This document shows, piece after piece, positions 63,387 through 64,000 of a stretch of DNA of 64,000 nucleotides. Where the stretch lies: the NCBI GenBank assembly GCA_977016875.1, contig CDRNST010000120.1:3410001-3474000 (forward strand), in the 5' to 3' direction. A program made the position numbers and the translations under genes. Under the pieces are notes generated by a model that had not been told where the DNA came from, ran no database searches, and saw only the letters and a list, made by a program, of their open reading frames with translations. The stretch comes from Pavona decussata. Lineage: Eukaryota. The first letter of the stretch is position 1; every line of letters starts with the position of its first letter.

Positions 63387-64000
63387 CAGGTATGTATGGC
63401 ACCCATGGTTCTGGTTTTTGAGATGTTTTGGCCTGAAAGTATGGAAATTGACTAGTTTTAGTCATAAATAGGGAATGGTTTGTGCAGTGTGTCCTAGAGT
63501 TGGGTATGTTGTTTAGATAATACTAATTAATTTTCTCTGTTTGAAATCGGGAATTTGAAGCAGTCTTCTCAATGTTTACACAAACAGAAGCCATTCCTGG
63601 GTTGCTGACCTTTTGTACTAGAGACACAACTAATCTTGAAGGTCTGAAACCACTTGTTGATTTTTGGGTCAGGTCAGAAAATGGGTTCAAAAATCACATC
63701 TTTTTGTCTGAAACAGGGTTAGGGTTTCAAGAAATGTGCCAGAGATGCCATGAAAATTTTAGGGAGTACCTCCCTGGGCTTCAAAGTTGACAAGCACACC
63801 TGTGTAAACATCACTCTAGTCTCACCAAATTAGATGTTCCAGTCCCGCACCAGTGTCTTCACTTGTAACTACCTGTCAAAGAAGATTCACTGTACCAAAC
63901 TTTTGTATACATTGGTATCCTGAGTTTCAAGAGGCATTCTCTTTGTTTATTTGCTCTTGGTTTGTTTTTTGTAGCTTGACGTTCACTATGATTGATGATG

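Larger units (their letters stand above)
62153..64000 (+). mobile_element. Probable Kolobok-like element, left part only
   Basis: Begins TTAA-AGGGTCAC at the duplication breakpoint and carries a spliced ORF. No right end in the window. Confidence 0.4.

Overview
Eukaryotic (animal) genomic DNA, AT-rich, with GT-AG introns and dense repeats. The repeat families and gene content suggest a cnidarian, probably a stony coral (inference). Layout from 5' to 3': (1) a foldback MITE carrying a tRNA-derived SINE, then a decayed PIF/Harbinger element (1-3.3 kb); (2) an ~8.6-kb block (3.3-12.0 kb) repeated in direct orientation at 52.3-59.9 kb, holding an unrecognised coiled-coil/Cys-octapeptide-repeat gene, an orphan HAUS3-like exon and the last exon of CCDC152; (3) an 8-exon CCDC152-like gene (minus) whose first intron holds a young ISL2EU-type transposon (THAP-HTH transposase with an in-frame loss of its DDE core, plus a SWIM/YqaJ exonuclease gene split by a stop); (4) a tRNA-Ala(AGC); (5) a TRPA1-like ankyrin gene that stops before the channel domain, followed on the same strand by only the 3' exons of an SR-type protein gene, a possible chimera; (6) a TRIM-NHL pseudogene (minus); (7) a nested TE cluster with a DINE-1/HINE-like Helentron derivative and the start of a probable Kolobok-type element. 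Almost every recognisable host gene carries a lesion, which suggests a decaying, rearranged segmental duplicate. Exon coordinates were worked out by hand, and family names come from recalled motifs, not database searches.
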